Positions 1 to 10,070 of a stretch of 64,000 nt of DNA are shown here, in pieces. Positions within the stretch are counted from its first letter, which is position 1; the number at the start of each line of letters is the position of its first letter. The position numbers were made by a program, and so were the translations under genes. The notes under the pieces were generated by a model. It worked only from the letters and a program-made list of their open reading frames with translations, was not told where the DNA came from and did not search any database. Where the stretch lies: positions 640,001-704,000 of the forward strand of contig CAXXYE010000009.1 in NCBI GenBank assembly GCA_963674865.2, read 5' to 3'. Source of the stretch: Candidatus Hydrogenedentota bacterium (GTDB lineage Bacteria; Hydrogenedentota; Hydrogenedentia; Hydrogenedentales; SLHB01).

Positions 1-3000
1 TATCCAGCCTACATCGGGCGCGTATACGTCAACCTTGTCGAAGATGCCGTCCACGTACTTCGGCGGGTTCTTCCCGTTGTAGGGGCGGTTGCCCACGGCA
101 CGCATGGGACAATCCGCCGTAGTGCTCCCGGTGGCTTCCGTGCGAAGGCCCGGTGTCTCGCCGTCTTCGACAGCGCGCCAGAATTCTTCTTTGACCTCAT
201 CGTAGATTCCGGCGACGCCATCGGGGTGTTCATCGCGATCGATAACGATCCACCGGTCGATGGGCGCGGGCGAAGGGCCGTCCAGCAACGCCCGCGCGTG
301 TTTCCGGATGCAGCGTGTGACGGCGCGGTCGCTGCCGTCAGGATTGATGATGCCATAATCGCTGTTTTCGTTGACGCGGTAGCCGCCGGGATACCACCAG
401 AAAAAGACGCCGTCGCACCGGCTGCCGACGAACATGCGGTAGAGATCCCGGTAGTAGCTCGCCTTGAACGTCGGCTCATCGGGCGAGGGATAGAGGCGAT
501 CCGTCGCCCATTCATTGACGCCTGCCTCCTTCCACATCATCGGGAGATACGGCGCGCAGCAGCGGGCATAAGCATGCTGAAACCAACCGGGCCTCACGCG
601 TTCCCAATCGCCGATGCGGCCATAGGCTTCCGGCTCGAGCACGTCCACGGCGGCGGACAGGTATGGCCAGTCATGCGGGATGCGTTCGCCCCAGCGGAAG
701 GTGGGGTCGCCGGCCTCCGTCATGCGGTAGCTCACCAGGTGATTCGCGTCAACGCTCCGCACAAGCGCACGCGCGCGGCTGTAGTACTCGTAGAGCAGCG
801 TGTCCAGGAACCGGCGGTAGGCGGCCACCAGCACCCGCCAGGGGCCGTCCTCAACCGTCCAATGGTTCAACGGGTTTGTGACGCGGCCCTGTCCGTCGCG
901 GGGCGCCTGAAAGCTCCAATCCGCCTCGGCGTTCTCGATGCCGCCATAGCGTTCATCGATCCATTCGCGCCACGCCGTGTCCCATTTGGCGCGTTCGTCG
1001 TGATTGCCGAACATGGGCTCCCACGCCAAATCCAGCGCGTAGATGCAGTCGTGTTCGGCAATGCGGTAGTACTCGAGCAGTTCTCGCATCTCCTCCCACC
1101 GGAATTCGAGCGGCGTGCCTGGGCGTAAGGAGAGGTCGGCTTTCAGGCCGACGGCCTGAAGGCGGCGCAGCAGGTCGAGCAGGTTTTGTGCTTCGAGCGA
1201 CTCGCGGTAGATGAAGATGCTGACGGCGTTCATGCCCATGCCGGCGATGTGATTCAGGTCGCGCTGGATGACCTCGGGGTCATAGGAACGCGCCCCCAGC
1301 CAGTACTCGAAGTAGGGCCCATCTTCGATCCCGATGCCCGACGACGGCATGTAATTGACGCCATGTACGCGCCAGCGCCGGCCTGCCAGCATGAAATCGC
1401 CGTCTTTGACGGTGACGTAGGCGGGTTCGAGCGATGGCCGCCAGATGTGGACCTCGTGGGCCACACTATCCAACGGCGTCTCGCCGTCCTCGGCCAACAG
1501 CACGGCCTCAGCGCTCCAGCGTTCGCCCGGGCCGCGCTCCGCCGCGGGAACGCCCTCCTCCACGCGGCACGCGTCCCCCGGCGCTATCTCGCGCTCCCAA
1601 GGCCAACGCGCGAGGATGTCCTGGCCCCTATAGAGGCGCATTTCGCCGCGCACTTGGCGGGCCTTTCGCGCCAGGTTCGCCACGCGCGCGCCCAGGCGCA
1701 TGTCCTGTTCCTCGAAATAGGTGTAGTGATCCGAACCGCCGTCAAGGATGAAGACGCCGTTAGCGATTTTCGCGGCCACTTGCCCGGCGAGTTCGAGCAC
1801 TTCGGGCCGCGTGTACCAGTTCCTATCGCGGATAGCGAAGGCCGCCCAAACGCCGCCCTTGTAAGGGCCGTCGGCATGTATCAGCAGCGTGGCGGGAGTG
1901 CCGCGCCATTCACCATCCGCCGTAGATGCTTCGAGCAGGGGCGTCCAGCGCCAATCGCGGCCCTTGTCGAAGCCCGCGCCGCGAGGCCGGGGATGGGAAG
2001 AGTAGACTTCCTGCGGCATGGGAACGGCGTCCGCCGAGACAAAGTTCTGATCGCGACGCACCTGGATTTCCGCTACGTCGCGGCACGGGAAAAACTTGTA
2101 CTCGGGCGCCAGCGTATCCAACGCGGGCGGGGCCAGGCGCGTCAACATCACCTCGTGCAGGGGCGTCCGCGGCGCCGTACCGAAAGCGCCCACGTAGTAC
2201 TCATGTTTGCCCGCGCCCACGTTGGTGTGCGTGTTCGACAGGCCGATGGCGAGGCGCTCTGCATGCCGGGGATCGAACTGCGTGCCGCGCCGCGCCTCCA
2301 CGCTCTGCCAGAATTTGAAGTCGGAGGGTTGCAGTACGTACGCCTGCCAGTCGGCGGAGAGCGGCACCGTGGCGATCCAGCGCGAGCCGTCGTGTTCGCG
2401 CCACTCGATGGATAGCTCGCGCGTCTCGGGTTCGCCCTTCGCGAAGAACACCGTCAGCGTGTGGCCTTCCGGAAACGGGGCGTCCATCGGCGGCGAACCG
2501 AAGGTGTCCCAGCCATTGTGATTCGACACCCAGGCGTGCAGCGCCCGGCCCGAGGGGGATTCTTGCTCGGCGATGACTTCGTAGCGCGCGGGGATGCGCA
2601 TGTCGGCCGCCGAGCGCTCCCAGCCGGCGATGTCTCCCGGCTTGAATGGCACGAGCACGTGGGATAGCAAGTCCTCGCGGTGCCGCTTGCGCCATTCGGC
2701 ACGCTCCAGCCAATCGCCGCTGTCCTCGACGAGCAATTCACGCGCCATTGGCACGTTGAACGCGAGGATATCGCCGCCTTGCGTCAGCCAGTCATGAAGC
2801 ACCGGGAGCGCGCCGACGGGCAGGGCCGAGGCATCCGGAAGCGCCAGTAAGTCCAGCTTGTGCGCAGCCAGACGCGGTGCGTCGCAGAGATCGCGATAGC
2901 CGAAGTAGGCCACCGTGTATCCTGCGTCCTCCAGTTCCTGCCCGAGGCGCTCGGCCAGTTGGCCCGGCAGGGGCCGGAAGGACTCTCTCAACACCGCCGC

Positions 3001-3072
3001 GTGCAACTCCGGCTCCGCGACACCGGCGGTAGTGAGCAATCCCAGAACAGGAAGAAAAACCTGAAGCAGCAT
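1..3072 (-). CDS. Large secreted GH-A-clan glycoside hydrolase (GH5/GH42-like TIM barrel); 3' end runs off the window
   Basis: Not in the ORF track because it has no stop inside the window. ATG at 3072 follows GGGAGG, with a signal-like start MLLQVFLPVLGLLTTAGVAE. The frame reads open at both ends, and the track lists no minus-strand ORF ending in this frame. Motifs WRVHGVNYMPSSGIG, LDLAWEP (acid/base-like) and WKEAG (nucleophile-like). The long + strand ORFs here are its antisense shadow. Confidence 0.75.
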   Translation of the reverse strand, partial: MLLQVFLPVLGLLTTAGVAEPELHAAVLRESFRPLPGQLAERLGQELEDAGYTVAYFGYRDLCDAPRLAAHKLDLLALPDASALPVGALPVLHDWLTQGGDILAFNVPMARELLVEDSGDWLERAEWRKRHREDLLSHVLVPFKPGDIAGWERSAADMRIPARYEVIAEQESPSGRALHAWVSNHNGWDTFGSPPMDAPFPEGHTLTVFFAKGEPETRELSIEWREHDGSRWIATVPLSADWQAYVLQPSDFKFWQSVEARRGTQFDPRHAERLAIGLSNTHTNVGAGKHEYYVGAFGTAPRTPLHEVMLTRLAPPALDTLAPEYKFFPCRDVAEIQVRRDQNFVSADAVPMPQEVYSSHPRPRGAGFDKGRDWRWTPLLEASTADGEWRGTPATLLIHADGPYKGGVWAAFAIRDRNWYTRPEVLELAGQVAAKIANGVFILDGGSDHYTYFEEQDMRLGARVANLARKARQVRGEMRLYRGQDILARWPWEREIAPGDACRVEEGVPAAERGPGERWSAEAVLLAEDGETPLDSVAHEVHIWRPSLEPAYVTVKDGDFMLAGRRWRVHGVNYMPSSGIGIEDGPYFEYWLGARSYDPEVIQRDLNHIAGMGMNAVSIFIYRESLEAQNLLDLLRRLQAVGLKADLSLRPGTPLEFRWEEMRELLEYYRIAEHDCIYALDLAWEPMFGNHDERAKWDTAWREWIDERYGGIENAEADWSFQAPRDGQGRVTNPLNHWTVEDGPWRVLVAAYRRFLDTLLYEYYSRARALVRSVDANHLVSYRMTEAGDPTFRWGERIPHDWPYLSAAVDVLEPEAYGRIGDWERVRPGWFQHAYARCCAPYLPMMWKEAGVNEWATDRLYPSPDEPTFKASYYRDLYRMFVGSRCDGVFFWWYPGGYRVNENSDYGIINPDGSDRAVTRCIRKHARALLDGPSPAPIDRWIVIDRDEHPDGVAGIYDEVKEEFWRAVEDGETPGLRTEATGSTTADCPMRAVGNRPYNGKNPPKYVDGIFDKVDVYAPDVGWI

Positions 3073-3220
3073 GCCTGCGCCCTCCCGACACAGCCCAGAA
3101 CATAGCGAAGCCGCCTTGGTGGAGACAACTTGCCTCGCCGTCCTCTCACTTATCGGCATGCTATGCACCCTTCAAGGTCAACGCAGACAACTGCCCATCG
3201 GGTTTAGCCCGAAGAGTTTC

Positions 3221-5647
3221 TTAGCGGGTGCACTGTCCCCTGTTGAGATCAACGACGTCCTGGGCAACGATCTCCATCCCGCTCAGATTCACCACACGCA
3301 CGGTATGACCTTCCGGCACTCGCACGCAGTACCGAAGCGTGTTGTCTTCCTTGCGCCACCGTAGGGACACGGCCTTGTCGGCGACGGGCCTATGCCCTTC
3401 ACACCATTCGAGCGGCACATCGGTGAAGCGCACAACCACCTCTCTCTTGACGGGATCTACGTGAAGGAGGCCAAGCACATCGCGGTAGAGCGTGTGGACT
3501 ATGTGGGACGCGAATCCGTGGTTGCAGCTTGCGTAGGGCGTGACGTTCTCCCACAGGGTGCCCGTCCGCTCCGCCATATACAGCAGGTAGTCGATGGACT
3601 CGCCCATGATCTGGGCGCAGTGGCCCTGCGTCGAGAGCAGCTCGACGCGCAGCATATTACCAATGAAGGAATTCGCCGGAAAAACATCCGCGCACGCTCC
3701 GGATTCCTGTCGTCTTGGGCCGAATTCCTCCCGCACTTTCCGCCATAGCTCTGGGTGGGAGCTAGGCGTTGCGACACCACTATAGAATGCCAAGTACTGG
3801 CAAACCTCCGTGCGGTTGCGCGTGATCTCGAGTCCGGCGTCGGTGCGTATAGCGTTGTCCACAAAGAAATCGCCGTCGTAACTTTGCTTGCGGATGACAT
3901 CGCGAACCTGTTGAGCCTGCGTCTTCAATGCGCCCACGCCGTATAGACGGCCCGCCGCGTCCAGAGCCCGGGCATAAACCATGCTGTTCGGGTAGTTCAC
4001 ATCCTGAACAAACTTGTTCGCCGCGGACCATTCCACAAATACCCACCCGTCGAGACTCTCGAGCAATCCATCTTCGTTCTTGAAGCCTTCGAAGTAATCA
4101 AAAAGGCCGAAGACCTTGGGCCGGAGTGCAGCCACGAGCGCGTCATCGCCGCTGCGCGCGGCGTATTCTTCCAACTGGATCACGAACCACAGTCCCCAAC
4201 TGGGAATGAAGGCGCCGTCATAGTGGTCGGAGGGATAGCACATGGGGAGCATGCCGTCCGGAAGATGCTCGAAGCGTTCCGGCAGGAGGTAGTTCTCAAA
4301 GAAATTCTTCTCAACGGACGTACGCCCGGACAAGTCGAAGGCCACGCGCGACGTGAAAAAGCTGTCGCAAAGCCAGCCAGCCCGCTCGCGGGAGGGACAG
4401 TCCATGAAGATATCGACAGCGTTTTGGACGAACGTCTCGCGTCCTGCGGCAAACAGGCGGTTGAGGCGCTCATCGCTACACGTGAAGCCGGCGTTCTCTA
4501 CGTCAGGATTCGCATATTCCCGCAGATACACGTCTGAAACCGTACATGTTCCGGCCACGTCTAGCAGTTTCAGATAGCGCAATGTGTAGGGCTCGAAGGT
4601 TTCAACTGAGTACGTGCCCGGCGGCATGTCATACTCGACGGCCTGCACGCAGCTCATCCGGCGGAAGTCCACATCGCCGTCAACAAGGATCTCGTCGAAC
4701 ACGAAGAAGAGGCGGCACGCTTCATGGCAAGTGATAGTGCCGCCGATGAAACCTGTCAAGTTGGTGCCAAGATCAGCCAACGCATAGGTCTTTTCTCCGA
4801 GCTTAATTGAGGAGAAAGGGGCCTTCTTGAAAGACGCCTCGGGGACGCTACGTATACGCTGAAGTTCCGTCGAAACCACATGATCCAATTCGTCTTCAGG
4901 ATAGCCTTCGAGCGTGGGGCCTATTCCGCTCAACGATCGGTCCTTCCAGATCGTATCCGCCTCCACGCCCGTTTCGACAGTCCCACACGCTATTAAATCC
5001 GAGGCGGGGCGCTTCGCGAAGGAGGGGTAAGGGACACGTCTAGGCAAGAGTCGAACATCCGGCTGGATTGAACACGGCGCCGCGGGAAACGAGGCTTCCG
5101 GGTCGGTGCGCCATTGGGCGTAATCCTCTTCAAGCCGGTACACCTCGATAAACGGGCGCTGGTAGCTGTAGCGTTGGATCTTCTGCACCCGCTCAAAGAG
5201 GATGCTTGCCTCGAACGGTGTGGCCTTGGTACCCGTGGCGGCCAGCACCTGCTCTTCCGACATGATTTCGGCCTGCAAGAAGGATGGCTGGTCCAGCACA
5301 TAAAAGCTGTTGACGTTGTATCCGGCCACTTCGATGGCAACGACAGCCGGCGTCGATCCAAGGAAGCCCGTGATGTCCCACGTGTCGATGCGGAAGTACT
5401 TGTGCGCAGCTCTTGCCGGGCCACACCCAATGAATCGTCCGTCCACAAACACTCGGTACAGCGTCGAGGCGGTTAGCCGCAGCACCACTGTTTCTCCCGG
5501 CACGTCACGCACCACGGTGCGATAACGAACCGATAGGTTCTGCTCCTGCTCACGTCCCTCTGGCCAGATCGGCCGTGCTGAACGAAAGCCACTCTCTTGT
5601 ATTGACGCCGAAGCAGCATGTGACACGAACAGAACAGCGGCAAACAC
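3221..5647 (-). CDS. Alpha-L-rhamnosidase-like protein (GH78 family)
   Basis: Motifs FMDCPSRERAGWLCD, GTLWE and SCNHGFAS. Start trimmed from the track's 6025 to the GTG at 5647, which follows AAGGAGAGG and begins a signal-like VFAAVLFVSHAASA. Confidence 0.85.
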   Translation of the reverse strand: MFAAVLFVSHAASASIQESGFRSARPIWPEGREQEQNLSVRYRTVVRDVPGETVVLRLTASTLYRVFVDGRFIGCGPARAAHKYFRIDTWDITGFLGSTPAVVAIEVAGYNVNSFYVLDQPSFLQAEIMSEEQVLAATGTKATPFEASILFERVQKIQRYSYQRPFIEVYRLEEDYAQWRTDPEASFPAAPCSIQPDVRLLPRRVPYPSFAKRPASDLIACGTVETGVEADTIWKDRSLSGIGPTLEGYPEDELDHVVSTELQRIRSVPEASFKKAPFSSIKLGEKTYALADLGTNLTGFIGGTITCHEACRLFFVFDEILVDGDVDFRRMSCVQAVEYDMPPGTYSVETFEPYTLRYLKLLDVAGTCTVSDVYLREYANPDVENAGFTCSDERLNRLFAAGRETFVQNAVDIFMDCPSRERAGWLCDSFFTSRVAFDLSGRTSVEKNFFENYLLPERFEHLPDGMLPMCYPSDHYDGAFIPSWGLWFVIQLEEYAARSGDDALVAALRPKVFGLFDYFEGFKNEDGLLESLDGWVFVEWSAANKFVQDVNYPNSMVYARALDAAGRLYGVGALKTQAQQVRDVIRKQSYDGDFFVDNAIRTDAGLEITRNRTEVCQYLAFYSGVATPSSHPELWRKVREEFGPRRQESGACADVFPANSFIGNMLRVELLSTQGHCAQIMGESIDYLLYMAERTGTLWENVTPYASCNHGFASHIVHTLYRDVLGLLHVDPVKREVVVRFTDVPLEWCEGHRPVADKAVSLRWRKEDNTLRYCVRVPEGHTVRVVNLSGMEIVAQDVVDLNRGQCTR

Positions 5648-5829
5648 GTGACCTCTCCTTGCCTGCGAATGGCTGAAATAGTAAGTATCCCCCGGCAGAG
5701 CCGGAGGACCTCCCAACGTTAGGCTAGCACAGAACAGGCCGGGGAAACCTGTCTTGTGGCGCGGCTTGGCGCTATAAGCGGGAGTGCTCGCTGAGTTGGT
5801 CAGGTATCTGGCGCGGCTCCTGGTTACTA

Positions 5830-5928
5830 GCCTATGATGTTCATAGCGGGTATCGAGTCCTCGAATCAATAGCCATGGCCCTGGTGGGTGTGCCGATACC
5901 CGCAACGCGGCCAGGTTGAACGTTGGGC
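5830..5928 (+). repeat. Imperfect inverted repeat, possible degenerate attC site
   Basis: Stems GTTCA..TGAAC and GCGGGTATCG..CGATACCCGC, ending in GTTGGGC (GTTRRRY) directly before the SnoaL RBS AGGAGG. The R'' box is degenerate. Confidence 0.35.
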
Positions 5929-5944
5929 AATAGGAGGAAAAGAT

Positions 5945-6295
5945 ATGCTGCCGGAGCGGAAGAGGTTCGGGACGGACTGGATCGATGCGTGGAACTCCCA
6001 CGATCTCGATCGCATACTCTGTCATTACTCAGACGACGTCGAAGTGACGACGCCGATGGTCAAGGTGGCCCTCGGGACGGATGAGGGAACCGTCCGCGGC
6101 AAGGTGCAGGTCCGCCGGTACTGGGAAGCGGCGCTCAAGAAGGTGCCTGATCTGCATTTCGAGTTGGTAGAATCAACGCAGGGCGTCGATTCGATCGCCC
6201 TGTATTACAAGTCCGTCATGGGGAAGATGGCCATCGAGGTTATGTTCTTCAACGACGTCGGCAAAGTGCGCCGAGTCGTCGCCCACTACACCTGA
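5945..6295 (+). CDS. SnoaL-like / NTF2-family protein
   Basis: ATG 5945 after AGGAGG; WIDAWNSHDLDRILCHYSDD and GKVQVRRYW...PDLHFEL are typical of the family. Confidence 0.9.
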   Translation: MLPERKRFGTDWIDAWNSHDLDRILCHYSDDVEVTTPMVKVALGTDEGTVRGKVQVRRYWEAALKKVPDLHFELVESTQGVDSIALYYKSVMGKMAIEVMFFNDVGKVRRVVAHYT

Positions 6296-6389
6296 CGGGA
6301 AGGATCTGTAGGCCATGTATCCCCTGCCTTGTAGTTCGCGCAACACACGGAATTGATGGGGTGGCACCCTCTTACACCCAGCGTTAGGG
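6290..6389 (+). repeat. Possible degenerate attC site
   Basis: ACCTGAC (R''-like, contains the SnoaL stop) and GTTAGGG (R'-like) span 100 bp; internal pairing is weak. Confidence 0.3.
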
Positions 6390-6525
6390 ATAACACAAGC
6401 ACTTGTCGATAGCTGCTGGCAGAGTGTAGGATGAGCGTGGCACCTTGGTAGGGGAATGATATCTTGCGAGAGAAACGGGGACTCTGTGCACAGGCAAGGT
6501 TCCGACCAAACTCGGAGGTGTTATC

Positions 6526-8145
6526 GTGAGCGATTCGATTTCTGGAGTTACTGGAGTCCTCTGGCTGGTTGCCGTGCTCATGCCCAATGCTTTGCTCTCC
6601 GCTGAGACAGCGTCCCAGCATGACTTGACGCCGGAATTGGTCTATGCCACGGCTTCGCCTTTTGTGGTACAGATCGTCACAGAGGATGACCTCGGAAACA
6701 CTAACGGAAAGGGGTCCGGTTTCATTGTGGGACACAGGGACATCGCGACCAATACCGAATACCTGGCTGGCGTCGTTGCAACCAATTACCATGTAATCAG
6801 GTCTGCGGTAAGGGCTGAAGCCAGGTTCTCAGATGGATCAACTGCCAAGGTTCTTGCCGTCATAGGTGAGAATGACAAAGCCGATGTGGCCCTCGTCACG
6901 GTGCTCAAGAGACCGCCAAGCTATCTCGGAATGGACTTGAACTCGACTCCGCTCATCGGCTCAAGAGTCTTTGCGATCGGCAGCCCGCTAGGGTTGACGA
7001 ATACTCTCAGCGAAGGGATCGTCAGCGGGTATCGCAGACTGGGGAGTTCGGGACAGCAATGGCTTCAGATCACTGCGCCGATCAGTCCTGGGTCCAGTGG
7101 GGGGGCCGTTCTCTCTGCTCAAGGCAAAGTGATCGGTATGACAACGGCGTCTCTCTCAGGTGGGCAAAACCTCAATTTCGCAGTTCCGGCTACCGAAATC
7201 CAGAGACTACTCGACACGCCTGGACAGTCAAGGGCCTTGTGGAAAGGGACAAGTATACTTGAAGAGAAGAATCAGGCCCTTGCGCAGATTTGTCAGGAGT
7301 TTGTGGATACGTGGAAGCCAGAGGATAAGGCCGCGTACTGGGAAGCCCGCGCTAACGGCGACACTGCTGCAGAGGATAGCATCTGGACGAGAAACATCCC
7401 AGAGAAACTAGCGTCGTGTGACTTGGCAGTGCTGATTCTGAAAGCGGACACCGTCCGCAGGGACGAAGGGATCAAGATACTCCGCTACGCTATAGAGCGC
7501 AGTGGCAAATCGAAGCCCCGAGAGACGGCCTCGAATAAGTCCAAGGTAGTTGGCTTGTCAACATCTTTGGCTCACAGTCCCTCCGATGACTATCTGTATC
7601 TTGCGTACTTTCGGCTCGGTGAGTTCCATTTCTGTGAGTCTATGAGTCAGAAGACGAAGGGCCGGAAGTACGAGAAACAAGCAGAAGAGGCAATAGAAGC
7701 ATTCACAAAGGCGGCTGGGCTCAATCCAGGTTTCTCGCCCGCATTCAATATGGCTGCGTTGCTGCACGGGACACTGGGCCGTCACCGGGAGGCGTTGGGC
7801 GCAGCAGAGACCTTAGTCCGGCTAGTGCCGCGTTGCTCCGAAGCATACAGACAACGCGGGGACATCCTGTTAGCGCTAGAGCGGCCGGAGGCGGCCGTGA
7901 AGGACTTCCTGGAATCCATAGACCTCGTGCCGAGGAGTCTTCTGTCCTATTTGGGTGCAGCTGATGCGTATAGGAAGATGAGGGACTATGAAAAGGCCGT
8001 GGCCATCTTGCGAGCAGGGCTGGAGCTAATGCCGGATCAAGGCATCTTGTACCGGCAGCTTGGTTCTATATATGTGGACATGGGCAAGGATGAGCAGGCC
8101 CTCTCAGCTTTTGAGGAGGCAGAATCTCTTGAGTCGGGCAAATGA
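6526..8145 (+). CDS. Trypsin-like (S1/HtrA-type) serine protease with C-terminal TPR repeats
   Basis: GSGF, TNYHVI (His), ADVAL (Asp), ISPGSSGG (Ser); TPR-like helices in the C-terminal half. Visibly more A/T-ending codons than the neighbours. Confidence 0.9.
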   Translation: MSDSISGVTGVLWLVAVLMPNALLSAETASQHDLTPELVYATASPFVVQIVTEDDLGNTNGKGSGFIVGHRDIATNTEYLAGVVATNYHVIRSAVRAEARFSDGSTAKVLAVIGENDKADVALVTVLKRPPSYLGMDLNSTPLIGSRVFAIGSPLGLTNTLSEGIVSGYRRLGSSGQQWLQITAPISPGSSGGAVLSAQGKVIGMTTASLSGGQNLNFAVPATEIQRLLDTPGQSRALWKGTSILEEKNQALAQICQEFVDTWKPEDKAAYWEARANGDTAAEDSIWTRNIPEKLASCDLAVLILKADTVRRDEGIKILRYAIERSGKSKPRETASNKSKVVGLSTSLAHSPSDDYLYLAYFRLGEFHFCESMSQKTKGRKYEKQAEEAIEAFTKAAGLNPGFSPAFNMAALLHGTLGRHREALGAAETLVRLVPRCSEAYRQRGDILLALERPEAAVKDFLESIDLVPRSLLSYLGAADAYRKMRDYEKAVAILRAGLELMPDQGILYRQLGSIYVDMGKDEQALSAFEEAESLESGK

Positions 8146-8358
8146 TGCCGTCAAGAGTCCGCGTACACACTCCACCTACAATGCTACAGAGATTCGGTGC
8201 CGCGTACCGTTAAGTCGCCTCAACAGCGTGGTGCCGTTGCCCCGCTGTTGAAGGGAGGCATGGAGGATAGGAGCTGGCACTTGCGCTCTTGGGCCTCCTG
8301 ATAGGCAGACACGCACGGTGGCCCCGAGCGGTTTGGTCGGCCACAGGAAGACAGATCC

Positions 8359-9432
8359 ATGTATCCCCTATGGGAACCTACGATACCTTTTCCGGCGCGT
8401 GATGGCTTGTCCTATCCCGAAGGCGCCGTGGATGTGGTGGTGCATCGCGCTGGGGAAGATCAATATAACTTCCTGCACGATGCTGCGGTTGTCGCCCATG
8501 ACGGAGCGCTCTTCGCGGCGTGGTACAACTGCCCCGAGGGCGAGATGACGGGGGAATCCTGCATCCGGTGCCGCCGATCCACGGATGCCGGGGCGACGTG
8601 GTCGGCCCCCGAAGTCATCACGAGTGACGCGGCCAACGCGGGCATCCTGTACGTGCCCGTCGCCTTTCTCTCGCACGCCGGAACCCTCTACGCCTTCGTC
8701 TCGAACATGATCGGCCCCGATCTCGTCACCGCATGCGAGATCTTTGTCCTTGAGCCGGACTCGGCCGTTGGCGCGTGGCGTTCCGCGGGATTCATCGCGG
8801 AAGGATTTCTGCCGAATTGCGCTCCCGTGCTCATGGATGACGGCCATTTCATCATGGCGGGCCGCGTGGCCCCATCGCCGGGAGAAAAGGCCCTCATCCC
8901 CGCCGTCGCCATCGGCCGCGCCGCCGATCCCGCTCGCCCGTGGGAGGTGCTACACCTTTTGCCGGATGGCCGGGCGCCCGGCGGCGCGCAGCTCCCGTAT
9001 CCCGAGACTAGCGTCATTGTCGAGGGCGGCGAAGTCACCGCGCTCGTCCGCAATGATCACGGCAACGCGCTGCTCCTGTTGAGCACCGACTACGGCCGCT
9101 CGTCGTCGCCGCCCCAGGAACATAACTTCCCCATCGGCGCGGCGAAGGCGTATGCGGGCGTACTCAGTACGGGCCAGCGCTACCTGCTGTCGAACACACC
9201 CGCGTCGGGCTACCGTGAGTTGCTCACCCTCGCCGTGAGCCGGCCGGGCGACACGTCCTTCCGCGCCATGTGGAAGATCCGCGATGGGTATGCGGGCCGC
9301 CTGGCCGCCGGCCCGGAGTGGTCTTATCCCTGCGCCGTCGAGCACCAGGGCCGCCTCTTCATCGTCTATACCTCCGCGAAAAAGCACTGCGTCATGACGT
9401 CGGCGCCTATTTCCTCGCTCGCGGCAGACTAG
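8359..9432 (+). CDS. BNR/Asp-box exo-alpha-sialidase-like protein
   Basis: Asp boxes STDAGATWS and STDYGRS; C-terminal WSYP motif. Confidence 0.8.
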   Translation: MYPLWEPTIPFPARDGLSYPEGAVDVVVHRAGEDQYNFLHDAAVVAHDGALFAAWYNCPEGEMTGESCIRCRRSTDAGATWSAPEVITSDAANAGILYVPVAFLSHAGTLYAFVSNMIGPDLVTACEIFVLEPDSAVGAWRSAGFIAEGFLPNCAPVLMDDGHFIMAGRVAPSPGEKALIPAVAIGRAADPARPWEVLHLLPDGRAPGGAQLPYPETSVIVEGGEVTALVRNDHGNALLLLSTDYGRSSSPPQEHNFPIGAAKAYAGVLSTGQRYLLSNTPASGYRELLTLAVSRPGDTSFRAMWKIRDGYAGRLAAGPEWSYPCAVEHQGRLFIVYTSAKKHCVMTSAPISSLAAD

Positions 9433-9640
9433 AGGCTATCCCAAGACCTCTGCAGAGGCTACCAACGGGAAGCGGCCGTGCCCGAGGCCAACCAGGCCGT
9501 CTTTCCCGCGCACGCGCGAATCCAGTGTCTTAGGGGCGTTTCGACAACGCGTCTCTGGATACCCGCCTTCGCGGGCATGACGTCTTCGCTCGAAACAGGG
9601 AAGGAAGCGAGGCCACATCCGCTTCTGGGATAGCTTCTAG
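9429..9640. mobile_element. MITE (IS5-like ends) containing a REP/dRS3-like palindrome pair
   Basis: Ends CTAGAGGCTATCCCA / TGGGATAGCTTCTAG match 14/15 as an inverted repeat, with CTAG at both ends. Internal GTCTTTCCCGCGCACGCGCGAATCCAG ... CTGGATACCCGCCTTCGCGGGCATGAC at 9499-9581. No transposase. Confidence 0.7.
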
Positions 9641-9704
9641 TCGTATGACTCACACTGATGGCGTCTTATTCTTGCCGCGAGAAGCGAGGCAAGAAGCAAG
9701 GACA

Positions 9705-9918
9705 GAGGAGCCGTTGAAAAAGTCCGGAGTTGCCGCACGCAGGCCGCGAAAGGACCTGGGACAGTGGGGCCGTTGAAAAAGTCCAGAGTTGCCGGACGCA
9801 GGCCGCGAAAGGACCTGGGACAGTCCCGTCTGCGTCCGCCTACGGCGGACTCCGCTTGGGACAGTCCCGGTGTTTCGCTCAACCTCTGGGGCGAATGCGA
9901 CTTTTTCAACAGCTCCTC
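9705..9918. mobile_element. MITE (IS1182/IS5-like TIRs) with duplicated left end
   Basis: TIRs GAGGAGCCGTTGAAAAAGTC / GACTTTTTCAACAGCTCCTC (19/20). A 56-bp unit is repeated with a 59-bp period (9710-9765 and 9769-9824). Internal GGGACAGTCCC palindromes. Confidence 0.8.
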
Positions 9919-10070
9919 AGTCCCCGTTCTTCGCTCATTCTTGGCGCTTCTTCATCCCCAGATAAGCAACGTCGATTGTAAGTCAGAACACGAGCCGCCG
10001 CCGGGTTGTATGCGGCGTGTGCCTTGAGTAAGCTGAGTTCCATTCCATCAAGGGGAAGGAGAGTATCCCG

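Noticed and set aside
226..2415. Long + strand ORFs (300 and 409 aa) and similar long antisense ORFs elsewhere (e.g. 43276-45048, 11357-12823, 52238-53461)
   Set aside because: In-register antisense shadows of real high-GC genes; no family motifs.
5648..6025. 126-aa N-terminal extension of the rhamnosidase in the ORF track
   Set aside because: It overlaps the SnoaL gene on the other strand, and a good RBS and signal peptide start at 5647.
9710..9824. CRISPR-like repeat
   Set aside because: Only two adjacent copies with no spacer and no cas genes; explained as a duplicated MITE end.
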